DNA of 63,546 nt, filler included. It is 7 parts of 7 records of this genome, joined end to end, with 100 filler letters (N's around TTAATTAATTAA, not from the genome) between each part and the next. Parts side by side here need not be neighbours in the genome. Positions count along the whole stretch, not along the records: positions 7,111 to 14,047 come from SRR2962707_4707; positions 14,148 to 23,075 come from SRR2962707_4709; 5 more parts are not named here. The stretch is one strand, 5' to 3'. The notes beneath the pieces are model-generated. The model saw only the letters and a list, made by a program, of their open reading frames with translations. It was not told where the DNA came from and did no database searches. This document shows positions 12,744-21,407 of the stretch, piece after piece; position 1 is the stretch's first letter; every line of letters begins with the position of its first letter. The translations under genes and the position numbers were made by a program.

Positions 12744-13955
12744 TTATGGATACGGACCTTTGTCCACTCCTTGCCGCCACGGTCGAGCGGTCACGACCAG
12801 GTCGGGGAACCACTTTGCACATTCGGCGACCGCTGTCACTACGCCTGGCAAACCATGCGTATCTCTGCTTAAGCCACCTCCGCGCGCCAACGGACTTGTG
12901 CTGAGGACGGCTGTTGCATTGTTCAACACTTGCGCCGCGAGCGCCAAAAAAGTATCGCAGGCGGCATGAACTCTAGTTTGCAGGTCAGAACCTCCCGTTG
13001 CGTTGGCCGCGCGGGCAGCTTGAAACACCCCATCGAGGTTAAGCCAGTTGTTCAGGGTGTCTGCCCACAAGCCTGGCACCCCTGACGCCCCTTGCAGAGT
13101 AAGAGCAAAGTCACGGACCACAGACGGCAGCGGCCATGGCCGATGGACTGCGTTGTAAAGCGAGTGGGCAGCCATACCTGCACCGAGACACGCAGACACG
13201 CTGGCCACGTGCTGTTGTGGGGGGCACCATTCGCCAGTCGAGTTATCGAGGTGGGTTTCCATGGTGGCGAACCACCAGTCGAGCAACGGTTGCAGAGTGG
13301 CCAAAGGGGTAAAGTTCGCCATCAACAACACCGCTGGCACTGCCACGAGCTTGTGGGCGCAAGAATGCACACTATCGCAGCCGACTCCCGGGACCGGGAA
13401 CGGGCCTTCCAGCAGCGGGAGAAACGTGGGCGCCCACGCAGACTTGTTCCGCGCAACGCCTTGATAGTACCGATTCGGGAACGCGGCATTTCGGTCAATG
13501 AGCAACAGCGCGGCCGTGGCGTAGCCGCTAGAGTGCCAGGGCTGGAAGCCTGCCAGGCTCTCCTCCGGAAGCGTGTTGAAAAACCCGGTCGTCTCGTTCT
13601 GAAAGCTGTTGATGTGCGCGGCGTACGCGTCTGCCCCGGCGGCGCTCAAGTTCAACGTGTTCGTCAAGTAGCGGACGTTCAACACGTCCGTGGTGCCGTA
13701 CAGGCTGCTCGTGCTGCGGTCGTGAGGGAAGAACGAGAATGCGAACTCGCTTGCAGGCACCGCGTCGGGGGCTTTGAACTGCTCAATCCATCGCTCCAGC
13801 ACGGTCGACTCAAAATACCGGAAATCGTGAGGTCTGCCGGAGGTCGGGGCAGCAGCAGGTGCGTGAAGCCGGAGCACACCGGCAGTTTTTGGGTTCGCAG
13901 CAGCGCAGTGCGAGAGAGCGGCTGCAACCAGCACCGCAAACCAGCGAATGCGCAT
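12744..13955 (-). CDS. Secreted intronless hypothetical protein, possibly a prenyltransferase-like (alpha/alpha) toroid
   Basis: 403-aa ORF with signal peptide MRIRWFAVLVAAALSHCAAA and recurring helix-Q..G.(F/W) motifs (SFQNETTGFF, HLDNSTGEW, TLQGASGVPGLW). The fold is an inference. Confidence 0.6.
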   Translation of the reverse strand: MRIRWFAVLVAAALSHCAAANPKTAGVLRLHAPAAAPTSGRPHDFRYFESTVLERWIEQFKAPDAVPASEFAFSFFPHDRSTSSLYGTTDVLNVRYLTNTLNLSAAGADAYAAHINSFQNETTGFFNTLPEESLAGFQPWHSSGYATAALLLIDRNAAFPNRYYQGVARNKSAWAPTFLPLLEGPFPVPGVGCDSVHSCAHKLVAVPAVLLMANFTPLATLQPLLDWWFATMETHLDNSTGEWCPPQQHVASVSACLGAGMAAHSLYNAVHRPWPLPSVVRDFALTLQGASGVPGLWADTLNNWLNLDGVFQAARAANATGGSDLQTRVHAACDTFLALAAQVLNNATAVLSTSPLARGGGLSRDTHGLPGVVTAVAECAKWFPDLVVTARPWRQGVDKGPYP

Positions 13956-14047
13956 GAGCCTCGGAAAGTAAGCCGCCTCGACAGGTCTCGACGAACAGCA
14001 AACAACCTGGAAGAAGCAAAAAAAATAAAAAAAAAAAATGAAAAAAA

Positions 14048-14147
14048 NNNNNNNNNNNNNNNNNNNNNNNNNNNNNNNNNNNNNNNNNNNNTTAATTAAT
14101 TAANNNNNNNNNNNNNNNNNNNNNNNNNNNNNNNNNNNNNNNNNNNN
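14048..14147. other. Artificial contig spacer
   Basis: N-TTAATTAATTAA-N. Confidence 0.98.
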
Positions 14148-14615
14148 GGCGACATTGTCGAACTGGTTGGCCCAGATCGCGCCACGGGGATCGGATTTTG
14201 CGATCTGCTCGGCTAGCCGGCCCGACAATCGAACGTAATTGTTGGGGTTGCGATAGGGCGCGGCAGGGACTTCCACCAGTTCGGCGCCAAGCAGACGAAG
14301 GGCGTCCTTCTTTTCCTGGCTCTGGGTTTCGGGGATGACGATAACGGTCTTGTAGCCCAGGGCGCAGGCAACCAGCGCCAGTCCGATACCGGTGTTTCCC
14401 GCCGTGCCTTCAACGATTGTTCCGCCCGGGCGCAGGAGCCCCTTGGCTTCTGCATCGCGAATGATCTCCAGAGCAGCGCGGTCCTTGACCGACTGGCCGG
14501 GATTGAGAAACTCGGCCTTGCCAAGAATGGTGCAACCCGTGGCCTCTGACGCGGCGTTGAGGCGAATGAGAGGCGTGTTGCCGATGGCGTCGAGAACCGA
14601 ATTGATGGCTGGCAT
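14148..14615 (-). CDS. cysK: Cysteine synthase A family PLP enzyme (3'-truncated by contig end)
   Basis: [23 protein letters not shown] (PLP lysine), [17 protein letters not shown]. Confidence 0.9.
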
Positions 14616-14776
14616 GGTTTTTCCCGTTTTTGACTGTGGGTTCACAGGCTACCTGAGACTAGGCAGCCCGTTCTGGCTTCTCAAGAGGTCTGTTGCAAGA
14701 AACCTGATCTCCCTGTGTCTGAGTATAAGGGAAAATTTGCCTTCAATCGGCAAAAATGAGAAATGGCATGGCCGGG

Positions 14777-14802
14777 TGATCCGTATTGCGCCTGCGGGCG
14801 TA
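14777..14802 (+). promoter_or_regulatory. ECF11 (RpoE/ChrR-type) promoter for chrR
   Basis: TGATCC-N16-CGTA, matching the known alpha/gamma-proteobacterial RpoE-ChrR promoter consensus. Confidence 0.8.
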
Positions 14803-14887
14803 TGGAATATGAATTGGAATTGATATGAACGGCTGTCTTCCGTGTCCGAGCGGAGAAGTCGTTGAATTGATGGAAAGCTTGATACGC

Positions 14888-15532
14888 ATGGTGCGTGAAC
14901 ACATCGACACGATCGACTCGCTTCTTGCCCGGTACGTTGCCGGGACTCTTCCGACCCCGGCGCGGGTTCTGGTCGAAGCGCATCTGGAACTGAAGCCGGA
15001 TAACCGGATCAAGGTTGCAAATCTTGAGGCCATGGCCGGTCTTGAACTGACTGCAATTGATCCCGTCGCGCTTGATGACCGTGATGCAATGCTCGCTGCC
15101 GTGCTCGGATCGAAAGCGCCTGATGCTTTTGCTTCGGTGCGCGGGGGTGAAGAACGGGTTTTTCCCAAAGCGCTGTATGATTTTGTCGGCTTTGATGCCC
15201 GCGATGTTCCCTGGCGCACCAAGATGCCGGGGTTCAAGGAATATGAGCTTGGCGACATCGAGGGATGCCACGTCAATCTGTTCTGGATAAAGCCGGGCCG
15301 GACCGTGCCTGCCCATACCCATGAAGGCAGCGAATTGTCGCTCGTGCTTGATGGCGCTTTCAGCGATGCGCGTGGGCATTATGGCCGCGGTGATATTTCG
15401 GTGGCTGATGATTCTGTTGACCACCGCCCGAGCGCTGACACGGGGCGGCCCTGCATCGGATTTGCGGTGATGGATGCACCGTTGAAGCTCACCGGATCGT
15501 TCCGGCAGTTGATTGGCGATATCATCGGCTGA
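14888..15532 (+). CDS. chrR: ChrR-family anti-sigma factor (anti-sigma domain + cupin); HxxxCxxC cysteines absent
   Basis: LLARYVAGTL...VEAHL N-terminus; cupin PAHTHEGSELSLVLDGAFSD...DH.P...CIGFAV..APLK.TG. Confidence 0.85.
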   Translation: MVREHIDTIDSLLARYVAGTLPTPARVLVEAHLELKPDNRIKVANLEAMAGLELTAIDPVALDDRDAMLAAVLGSKAPDAFASVRGGEERVFPKALYDFVGFDARDVPWRTKMPGFKEYELGDIEGCHVNLFWIKPGRTVPAHTHEGSELSLVLDGAFSDARGHYGRGDISVADDSVDHRPSADTGRPCIGFAVMDAPLKLTGSFRQLIGDIIG

Positions 15533-15554
15533 GCCGCCGTCACTCTCGAGAGTC

Positions 15555-15580
15555 TGAACCAACAGGCCGTCTGGAACGTA
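15555..15580 (+). promoter_or_regulatory. ECF11-type promoter for the SDR gene
   Basis: TGAACC-N16-CGTA, 36 nt before ATG 15617. Confidence 0.65.
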
Positions 15581-15602
15581 TGATGTTCCAGACGGCCTTT
15601 TT
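15564..15602 (+). terminator. Intrinsic terminator after chrR
   Basis: 14-bp perfect stem AGGCCGTCTGGAAC / GTTCCAGACGGCCT with a 7-nt loop, followed by a T run. Confidence 0.7.
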
Positions 15603-15616
15603 GATTGGAGACACAC

Positions 15617-16420
15617 ATGAGCATTTTCACCGCCACGCCAGCCGATGGATCAGCCTGGGTGACCGGTGCATCGAGCGGCATCGGCAAGGCCTTGGCACTG
15701 GATCTGGCGGGTGAGGGGTTCACGGTCTATGTCACGGCGCGCAGCGAGGATGCACTGGGTGCGCTGGCGCAGCAGTCAGATGGGCTCAAGGGGCGCATCA
15801 TCGCGGTCCCGGGTGATGTCACCGACACGCAAGCGATGGCCGAAATCGTGCGGCAAATTGATGCCGAGGGCAATGGACTGGCGCTTTCGGTGTTCAATGC
15901 GGGCGTCTATCTGCCGGTGCACGGCGAAACCCTCAAGGTCTCAGATTTCGACAAGAGTTTTGCAGTCAACCTTTCGGGTGTGGTCAACGGGCTGGTTCCA
16001 GCAATAGAGCACATGAAAGCGCGCGGCCGCGGGCAGATCGCCATCGTCTCGTCGGTCACGGGTTACGGCGGAATGCCGACCAGTGCAGCCTATGGCGCGA
16101 CCAAGGCGGCGCTGATCAACATGGCCGAAAGCCTCAAATTCGATCTCGACAAATTTGGCGTGCGCATCCAGGTGATCAATCCCGGATTTGTGGATACGCC
16201 GGCGACGGCGGACAATGCCTTCGAAATGCCGGCCCTGCTGCAGCCGGAAGAGGCGGCCAGGCGCATTGCCAAGGGGCTCAAGTCTGCCTCCTTCGAAATC
16301 ACCTTTCCGCGCCGCTTCACCTATGTGCTGAAAGCGCTGCAGTTTCTGCCGTATCCCGCCTATTTCTGGCTGATGAATGCGGCAACGGGCTGGAAGAAAC
16401 GGCCGCTTGAAAGCCGTTGA
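15617..16420 (+). CDS. Short-chain dehydrogenase/reductase (RSP1087-like)
   Basis: TGASSGIG, NAG, catalytic S...YGATK; GGAG ribosome-binding site at 15607-15610. Confidence 0.9.
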   Translation: MSIFTATPADGSAWVTGASSGIGKALALDLAGEGFTVYVTARSEDALGALAQQSDGLKGRIIAVPGDVTDTQAMAEIVRQIDAEGNGLALSVFNAGVYLPVHGETLKVSDFDKSFAVNLSGVVNGLVPAIEHMKARGRGQIAIVSSVTGYGGMPTSAAYGATKAALINMAESLKFDLDKFGVRIQVINPGFVDTPATADNAFEMPALLQPEEAARRIAKGLKSASFEITFPRRFTYVLKALQFLPYPAYFWLMNAATGWKKRPLESR

Positions 16421-16427
16421 TCCAGCT

Positions 16428-17783
16428 TCAGGCTGTCTCGATTCGGTTGCGCAGGGATTTCTGCGCGGCTTCGTCGATCGGAAAATTCCACATGATGGCG
16501 ATGCTGACGAGTTTTGCCGCAATCGGGACCCAGGCGTAGGCGATGGCCAGAGCGGTTAATCCTTCTGCCGATGCCTTGTCTGCGCCGGGATTGAAGCCGA
16601 ACACCGCTAGCGCCGGAAATACGACGCCGACGCCTCCGGCAAGCGAGAGTTTGGTGGCAAGGCTCCAGGCGGCAAAATAGATCCCGGAGCGCTGTTCGCC
16701 GGATGCAGCGGTATCGACATCGATGACGTCTGCCTGAATGGCCGGTGGCAGGGAAAGATCAAAGCCGAGCAGTAGTCCGGTCACGCCGCAGATTGCCGCA
16801 AAAGCGATGAGTGATCCCTCGGGCAACAACGGCGCCGGGGCAAAGGCTAAGCAAGCGGCCAGCATGGCATAGCACCAGGCCCGGTGCTTGCCGAAGCGCT
16901 GCGCCGCCCATGCCGCCAGCGGAACACCAGCGATGGCGCAGAGAAAATAGAAAAACAGCAGCGGCCCCCGCGCGTCGGGCAGACCGAGACGGGCCGAGAC
17001 GAAATACAAAAACAACGTTGCCGGTATGCCATTGGCCAGTCCGTTGAGGAAAAACGCGGCGATGAGGCGCACAAACGGTCGGTTGCGGGCGAGATGCGTA
17101 AGCCCGGCTTTGAAATCGACGCGCATGCGTGAATGTTCAGCCGGTTCGGGCGTGGTGAAAACGGTCACCGCACCAAACAGGGGCAGCCCGATCAAGATGA
17201 CCAACCCAAGCACCGCCAGTCCATGAATTCCGCTTGCCTGATCAAAGCCGATGGCAAAGGGCAGGGCGATGGCGATGAGTGTGCCGGCAAGGGTCAATCC
17301 CTCGCGCCAGGCAGTGATGCGGGATCTGCCGTGGTAGTCGGTCGCCAGTTCTGCGCCCCAGGCCGAAAATGGGATCAACGCTGCGGTATATCCCAGTGAC
17401 AGCAACAGGCCCCAGCCGGCCAGCCACAAGGCGCCCGCATCGACCGGTGGCCAGAACAGCATGAAGGCGGAGATTGCCGTCAGCGGCAGGCTTATGGCGA
17501 ACAGGGTGCGGCGGCGGCCGAGGCGGGGGCGGAAGCGGTCTGCAGCCCAACCGATCAGCGGGTCGTTGATGGCGTCAAAAATTCGGACAAGCAGCAAGGC
17601 AAAGCCAACGGTGGCAAGCGAAAGACCGAGCGTCTCGGTGTAGAAGGTGGGAATCAGCACATAGAGCGGCAGGGTGAGGGCTGCCAGGGGTATGGCTGGC
17701 AGCGCATAGGCGATGATGTGTGGCAGAGCGAGATGCCGGGATGTCGCCTGCTGAACGGAGGCTGCGTCAGAGCTTGAGGCCAT
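16428..17783 (-). CDS. MFS transporter, GPH/MelB-like sugar-cation symporter family (RSP1089-like)
   Basis: About 12 hydrophobic segments; RIFDAINDPLIGWAADR...GRRR; AELATDYHGRSRITAWR; QADVIDVD...G.YFA. Confidence 0.9.
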   Translation of the reverse strand: MASSSDAASVQQATSRHLALPHIIAYALPAIPLAALTLPLYVLIPTFYTETLGLSLATVGFALLLVRIFDAINDPLIGWAADRFRPRLGRRRTLFAISLPLTAISAFMLFWPPVDAGALWLAGWGLLLSLGYTAALIPFSAWGAELATDYHGRSRITAWREGLTLAGTLIAIALPFAIGFDQASGIHGLAVLGLVILIGLPLFGAVTVFTTPEPAEHSRMRVDFKAGLTHLARNRPFVRLIAAFFLNGLANGIPATLFLYFVSARLGLPDARGPLLFFYFLCAIAGVPLAAWAAQRFGKHRAWCYAMLAACLAFAPAPLLPEGSLIAFAAICGVTGLLLGFDLSLPPAIQADVIDVDTAASGEQRSGIYFAAWSLATKLSLAGGVGVVFPALAVFGFNPGADKASAEGLTALAIAYAWVPIAAKLVSIAIMWNFPIDEAAQKSLRNRIETA

Positions 17784-17849
17784 TTGTTCCCTGGTCGTTG
17801 GCCAAAGCCCCGTCACTGCTATCCGTGCGAGTTCAGCTGTAGACGTGCT

Positions 17850-17875
17850 TACGCTCAGACCGCTGAAATGGTTCA
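17850..17875 (-). promoter_or_regulatory. ECF11-type promoter for the MFS gene
   Basis: Minus strand reads TGAACC-N16-CGTAAG. Confidence 0.7.
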
Positions 17876-17925
17876 CCCCGCCGAGCGCGTGCCCTCAGCG
17901 GGGTGAGAATGACGACATCTGCTGT

Positions 17926-19176
17926 TTAGCTGTAGACGACCTGCCGGACGTTTATGTGTCCTGAGCGGAAGCCGGCCTCGCAGTAGTACATGTAGAACTC
18001 CCACAACCGCTTGAAGCGGAGGTCAAAGCCCATCGGCTGAACTTCGTCCCAGACGTTCCAGAATCGCTCTCGCCATTCGGCAAGTGTTCGGCCGTAATCG
18101 GGGCCGAAGGCACGATGGCCGACCATATTGAGACCGGCTGCTTCGCCCAGTGATGTCAGATGATTCTCTGTTGGCAGCATGCCGCCAGGGAACACATAGC
18201 GCTGGATGAAATCCGGATTGGAACGGTAGGTCTCGTAGGCTTCAGGCTTGATGGTGATGATCTGCAGGCCTGCCTTGCCACCGGGCTTGAGGCACTGCCG
18301 CACCTTGGAGAAATAGGTCGGCCAGTATTTTTCGCCCACCGCCTCGAACATCTCGATCGAGACAACGCCGTCATACTGGCCGGTTTCATCACGATAATCC
18401 TGAAAGCGAAGATCGACCTTTTCCGATAGCCCTGCTTTTTCAATGCGCTGGCGGGCAAAGGCCAGTTGCTCTTTGGAGATGGTCAAGCCGGTGACGCGGC
18501 AGCCGATTTCGCTGGCGGCGAATTCGGCAAAACCGCCCCAGCCACAACCGATTTCCAGCACATGATCACTGGATTTCAGACCGGTAGCATGCGCCAGCGC
18601 CCGGTATTTGGCCGTCTGCGCGCTTGCCAGATCATTGGCGCCATCAGCGTAGAGCGCCGAGGAATAGGTCATCGTCTCATCGAGCCATTTCGCATAGAAC
18701 TCGTTGCCGAGATCGTAGTGGGCGGAGATGTTTTTCCTGGCCTGGGAACGCGAGTTGGACCGGAGCCAATGGCGGATCTGTTCAACCACACGGGCAACGC
18801 CGCGCGCGCCTCCTGCCAGAGAATCTCCTACTTCCACGTTGACCAGAAACAGCTCCAGGAATGCGGTGACGTCGGGGCTTTCCCAATCGCCATCCATGTA
18901 GGATTCGGCAACACCGATAGTGCCGCCTGTCAGAGCGCGGTGGGTCAGGTTCCAGTTGTGCAGTATCAGCGTGGCTTCAGGCCCCGCCGCACGGCCTTCG
19001 ATCAAAACGGTGCGGCCGTCCGGCATGCGGATAGACAACCGCCCGTGACCCATGTGCAAGAGCCCGCGCAACGCCATCTTGGCCTTTGCCGGGAGCCCGC
19101 GCAGATAAGTCGACAAATTGTCCGTCGAGAGCTTTTCCGCCGTTTGATGTGTCGTCCAGGTGGCTTCAGTCTTCAT
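17926..19176 (-). CDS. cfa: Cyclopropane-fatty-acyl-phospholipid synthase family SAM methylase (UfaM/CfaS-like)
   Basis: NISAHYDLGNEFY, MTYSSA, VLEIGCGWGG, SIEMFEAVG, FIQRYVFPGG, YCEAGF. GGAGG RBS upstream of 19176; alternative start 19209. Confidence 0.92.
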   Translation of the reverse strand: MKTEATWTTHQTAEKLSTDNLSTYLRGLPAKAKMALRGLLHMGHGRLSIRMPDGRTVLIEGRAAGPEATLILHNWNLTHRALTGGTIGVAESYMDGDWESPDVTAFLELFLVNVEVGDSLAGGARGVARVVEQIRHWLRSNSRSQARKNISAHYDLGNEFYAKWLDETMTYSSALYADGANDLASAQTAKYRALAHATGLKSSDHVLEIGCGWGGFAEFAASEIGCRVTGLTISKEQLAFARQRIEKAGLSEKVDLRFQDYRDETGQYDGVVSIEMFEAVGEKYWPTYFSKVRQCLKPGGKAGLQIITIKPEAYETYRSNPDFIQRYVFPGGMLPTENHLTSLGEAAGLNMVGHRAFGPDYGRTLAEWRERFWNVWDEVQPMGFDLRFKRLWEFYMYYCEAGFRSGHINVRQVVYS

Positions 19177-19212
19177 GAGCGCAGCCTCCGCCGTCTCGCA
19201 TTGGTTCATCCG

Positions 19213-20070
19213 TCACGGTCTTGCCACCTGACGTTCGAACTTTCCCTGATCGCGAAAGCTCGCACTGGGAGGCGGCGCCGGGCGCGGCACGTAACGCATC
19301 CCCTTGAGCCACAATTTGAGCGCCTCATAATGGATGCCGCCGACGATTTTCCACGTCAAAAGCGGAATCTGCAAGAGGCAAGCCAAAATTGATTCGCTCG
19401 ACATCGCTCGCCGGCTGCCGTTGTAGGTGGCCGCAAGCAACGGGCCGGACTGGTCGGTTTCCAGAATCCGCCACTTCAGTTGCTCGCCCGGAAGGTTCAT
19501 GCGGAAATTGTAGCGCGCTTCCATTTCGACAAAAGGTGACACATAAAAAAGCTTGGTGCGGCTCTGGCGAATGCCTGCCGGTGTCATGTCGCCGTCTTCG
19601 ACCTTGCAGACATAGGTGTGGTTCTCGCCAAAAGTGTTGCGCACCTCGTAAACCAGGGCCAGAGGCTGCTCGTTCCGGTCATAGGCGTAGTAGACGGACA
19701 ACGGGTTGAACACCTGGCCGAAAATGCGTGGGTAGCAAGCCAGCTCAATACGGGCCGCCGGCTGATCAACACCTGCTTCATCAAGCAAGGCGTCGATATG
19801 GGCGCGCAACGAGGTCTGGTTTGCGCCGCGCAAATGGTCAGCTTCATAAAATGACATCACATTTCGCCGGTTGACCGAAAACAGTGGCGACAGACCGTCG
19901 GCGTCGGCAAGTCGGTCGAGGTCGATCAGTATGGAGTAGACCGTGTAGCGGAACCTGTGACCGACCGGCTTCATGCGCTGATGCATGACGTCTCCGGCAT
20001 ACAGGCATGCGGGTGCACGTTTCGCGCTTTCGTCCGGCAAAGGGTTTCTGGGGGCGGCGCTCATTGTCAT
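19213..20070 (-). CDS. DUF1365 family protein (UfaO-like)
   Basis: GDVMHQRMKPVGHRFRY, PRIFGQVFNPLSVYY, EVRNTFGENH, KLFYVSPF, IHYEALKLWLKG. ATGA overlap with the upstream stop. Confidence 0.88.
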   Translation of the reverse strand: MTMSAAPRNPLPDESAKRAPACLYAGDVMHQRMKPVGHRFRYTVYSILIDLDRLADADGLSPLFSVNRRNVMSFYEADHLRGANQTSLRAHIDALLDEAGVDQPAARIELACYPRIFGQVFNPLSVYYAYDRNEQPLALVYEVRNTFGENHTYVCKVEDGDMTPAGIRQSRTKLFYVSPFVEMEARYNFRMNLPGEQLKWRILETDQSGPLLAATYNGSRRAMSSESILACLLQIPLLTWKIVGGIHYEALKLWLKGMRYVPRPAPPPSASFRDQGKFERQVARP

Positions 20071-21407
20071 GCTGCCACTTCCGTTGTTCGGCTGGCGTTC
20101 ATGCGCCATGGCAGAACGGCGCCGAGTGTTTCGGCGGCCAGGATCCCGGAGGTCAGGCCGTCTTCGTGGAAGCCGTAGCCGGTCCAGGCTCCGGCGAAAT
20201 AGGTTTTGTTGTCACCCTGGATCTCTCTCAACCGGGCCTGAACCTCCATCGCATCGGTTCCGAATTGCGGGTGGTCGTAGCTGTACTCGCCAAAGACCAG
20301 CTTTGGATCAGGTTCGCGGTCGGGATTAAGCGTCACGAACAAAGGCTTGGCGGGATCAATGCCCTGCAATCGGTTCATCCAGTAGGAGACGGCCACATTT
20401 GCATCACTGCGCTGATCGGACGAGCGCAAATAGTTCCAGGAGGCCCAGACCTTCTTGCGGGTCGGCATCAACCGATCGTCACGATGCAGCACCACCCGGT
20501 TGGGACTGTAGGGAATGGCGCTAAGGATCGACTTTTCCTCGTCGGTTGGACGATCGAGAATACGCAGCGCCTGATCGGTGTGGCAGGCGAGAATCACCCG
20601 GTCATAGGTTTGAGTGGTGCCGGTGGTGTCAAGGATATCAACGCCATCGGCGCTCCTGCGGACAGAGACGACACCGGCATCAAGCCGTACCCGGTCGCCT
20701 AGTGGCGCAAGAAGCTTGGTATGATAGTTGCGGCTGCCGCCGGTTACTGTGCGCCAGATTGGTCGCTCCAGGTAGATAAGGCGATGATTCTCGAAGAAAT
20801 TGACGAAATAGGTTGCGGGGAACTCCATCATCTTCTTGGCTGGCGTCGACCAGATGGCAGCGGCCATCGGAACCAGATAATTGTTCATGAAGCCCGGTGA
20901 GAAGCCGCGCCAGTTGAGGTAATCGCCAATCGAGCGGGCAGCCAGATGTCCCTGGGCGCGATCCTGGAGGCAAATCTTGTTGAAACGCAGGATTTCGCGC
21001 AACATCATCAGGAAGGAGGGGCGCAGCAGGTTGCGCTTCTGGGCAAACAGGGTCGACAGATTGTCACCGCCCCATTCCATCTTGCCGTGATCAAGCGACA
21101 GGGCAAAACTCATGTCACTGTCATGTGTCTTGACGCCAAGATGCTCAAACAGGGCTGTCAGATTGGGATAGTTCAGCTCGTTGTAGACGATAAATCCGGT
21201 ATCTACGGAAACGGGCGTGCCGTCATAGTCGATGTCGACCGTCGCGGTGTGGCCTCCGGGGCGTTTTTCGGCCTCGTAGAGTGTCACGTCGTGCAGATCC
21301 CGCAGAGCCCATGCAGCCGAGGCGCCGGAAATGCCGGAGCCAACGACGGCCACTTTCAAGCGTTTCGGCCCGCTGGTGACGGGAAAGGCCTTCAGGTGAA
21401 CGTTCAT
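20067..21407 (-). CDS. FAD-dependent oxidoreductase, amine-oxidase/COG2907 family (UfaD-like)
   Basis: VAVVGSGISG, GGHTAT, VDTGFIVYNELNYPNL, WASWNY, YWMNRLQ, GAWTGYGFHEDG. ATGA overlap with the photolyase stop. Confidence 0.9.
   Translation of the reverse strand: MNVHLKAFPVTSGPKRLKVAVVGSGISGASAAWALRDLHDVTLYEAEKRPGGHTATVDIDYDGTPVSVDTGFIVYNELNYPNLTALFEHLGVKTHDSDMSFALSLDHGKMEWGGDNLSTLFAQKRNLLRPSFLMMLREILRFNKICLQDRAQGHLAARSIGDYLNWRGFSPGFMNNYLVPMAAAIWSTPAKKMMEFPATYFVNFFENHRLIYLERPIWRTVTGGSRNYHTKLLAPLGDRVRLDAGVVSVRRSADGVDILDTTGTTQTYDRVILACHTDQALRILDRPTDEEKSILSAIPYSPNRVVLHRDDRLMPTRKKVWASWNYLRSSDQRSDANVAVSYWMNRLQGIDPAKPLFVTLNPDREPDPKLVFGEYSYDHPQFGTDAMEVQARLREIQGDNKTYFAGAWTGYGFHEDGLTSGILAAETLGAVLPWRMNASRTTEVAA

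Noticed and set aside
14681-15616. 311-aa minus-strand ORF as the missing sigma factor
   Set aside because: Antisense shadow of chrR with no sigma region 2 or 4 motifs.
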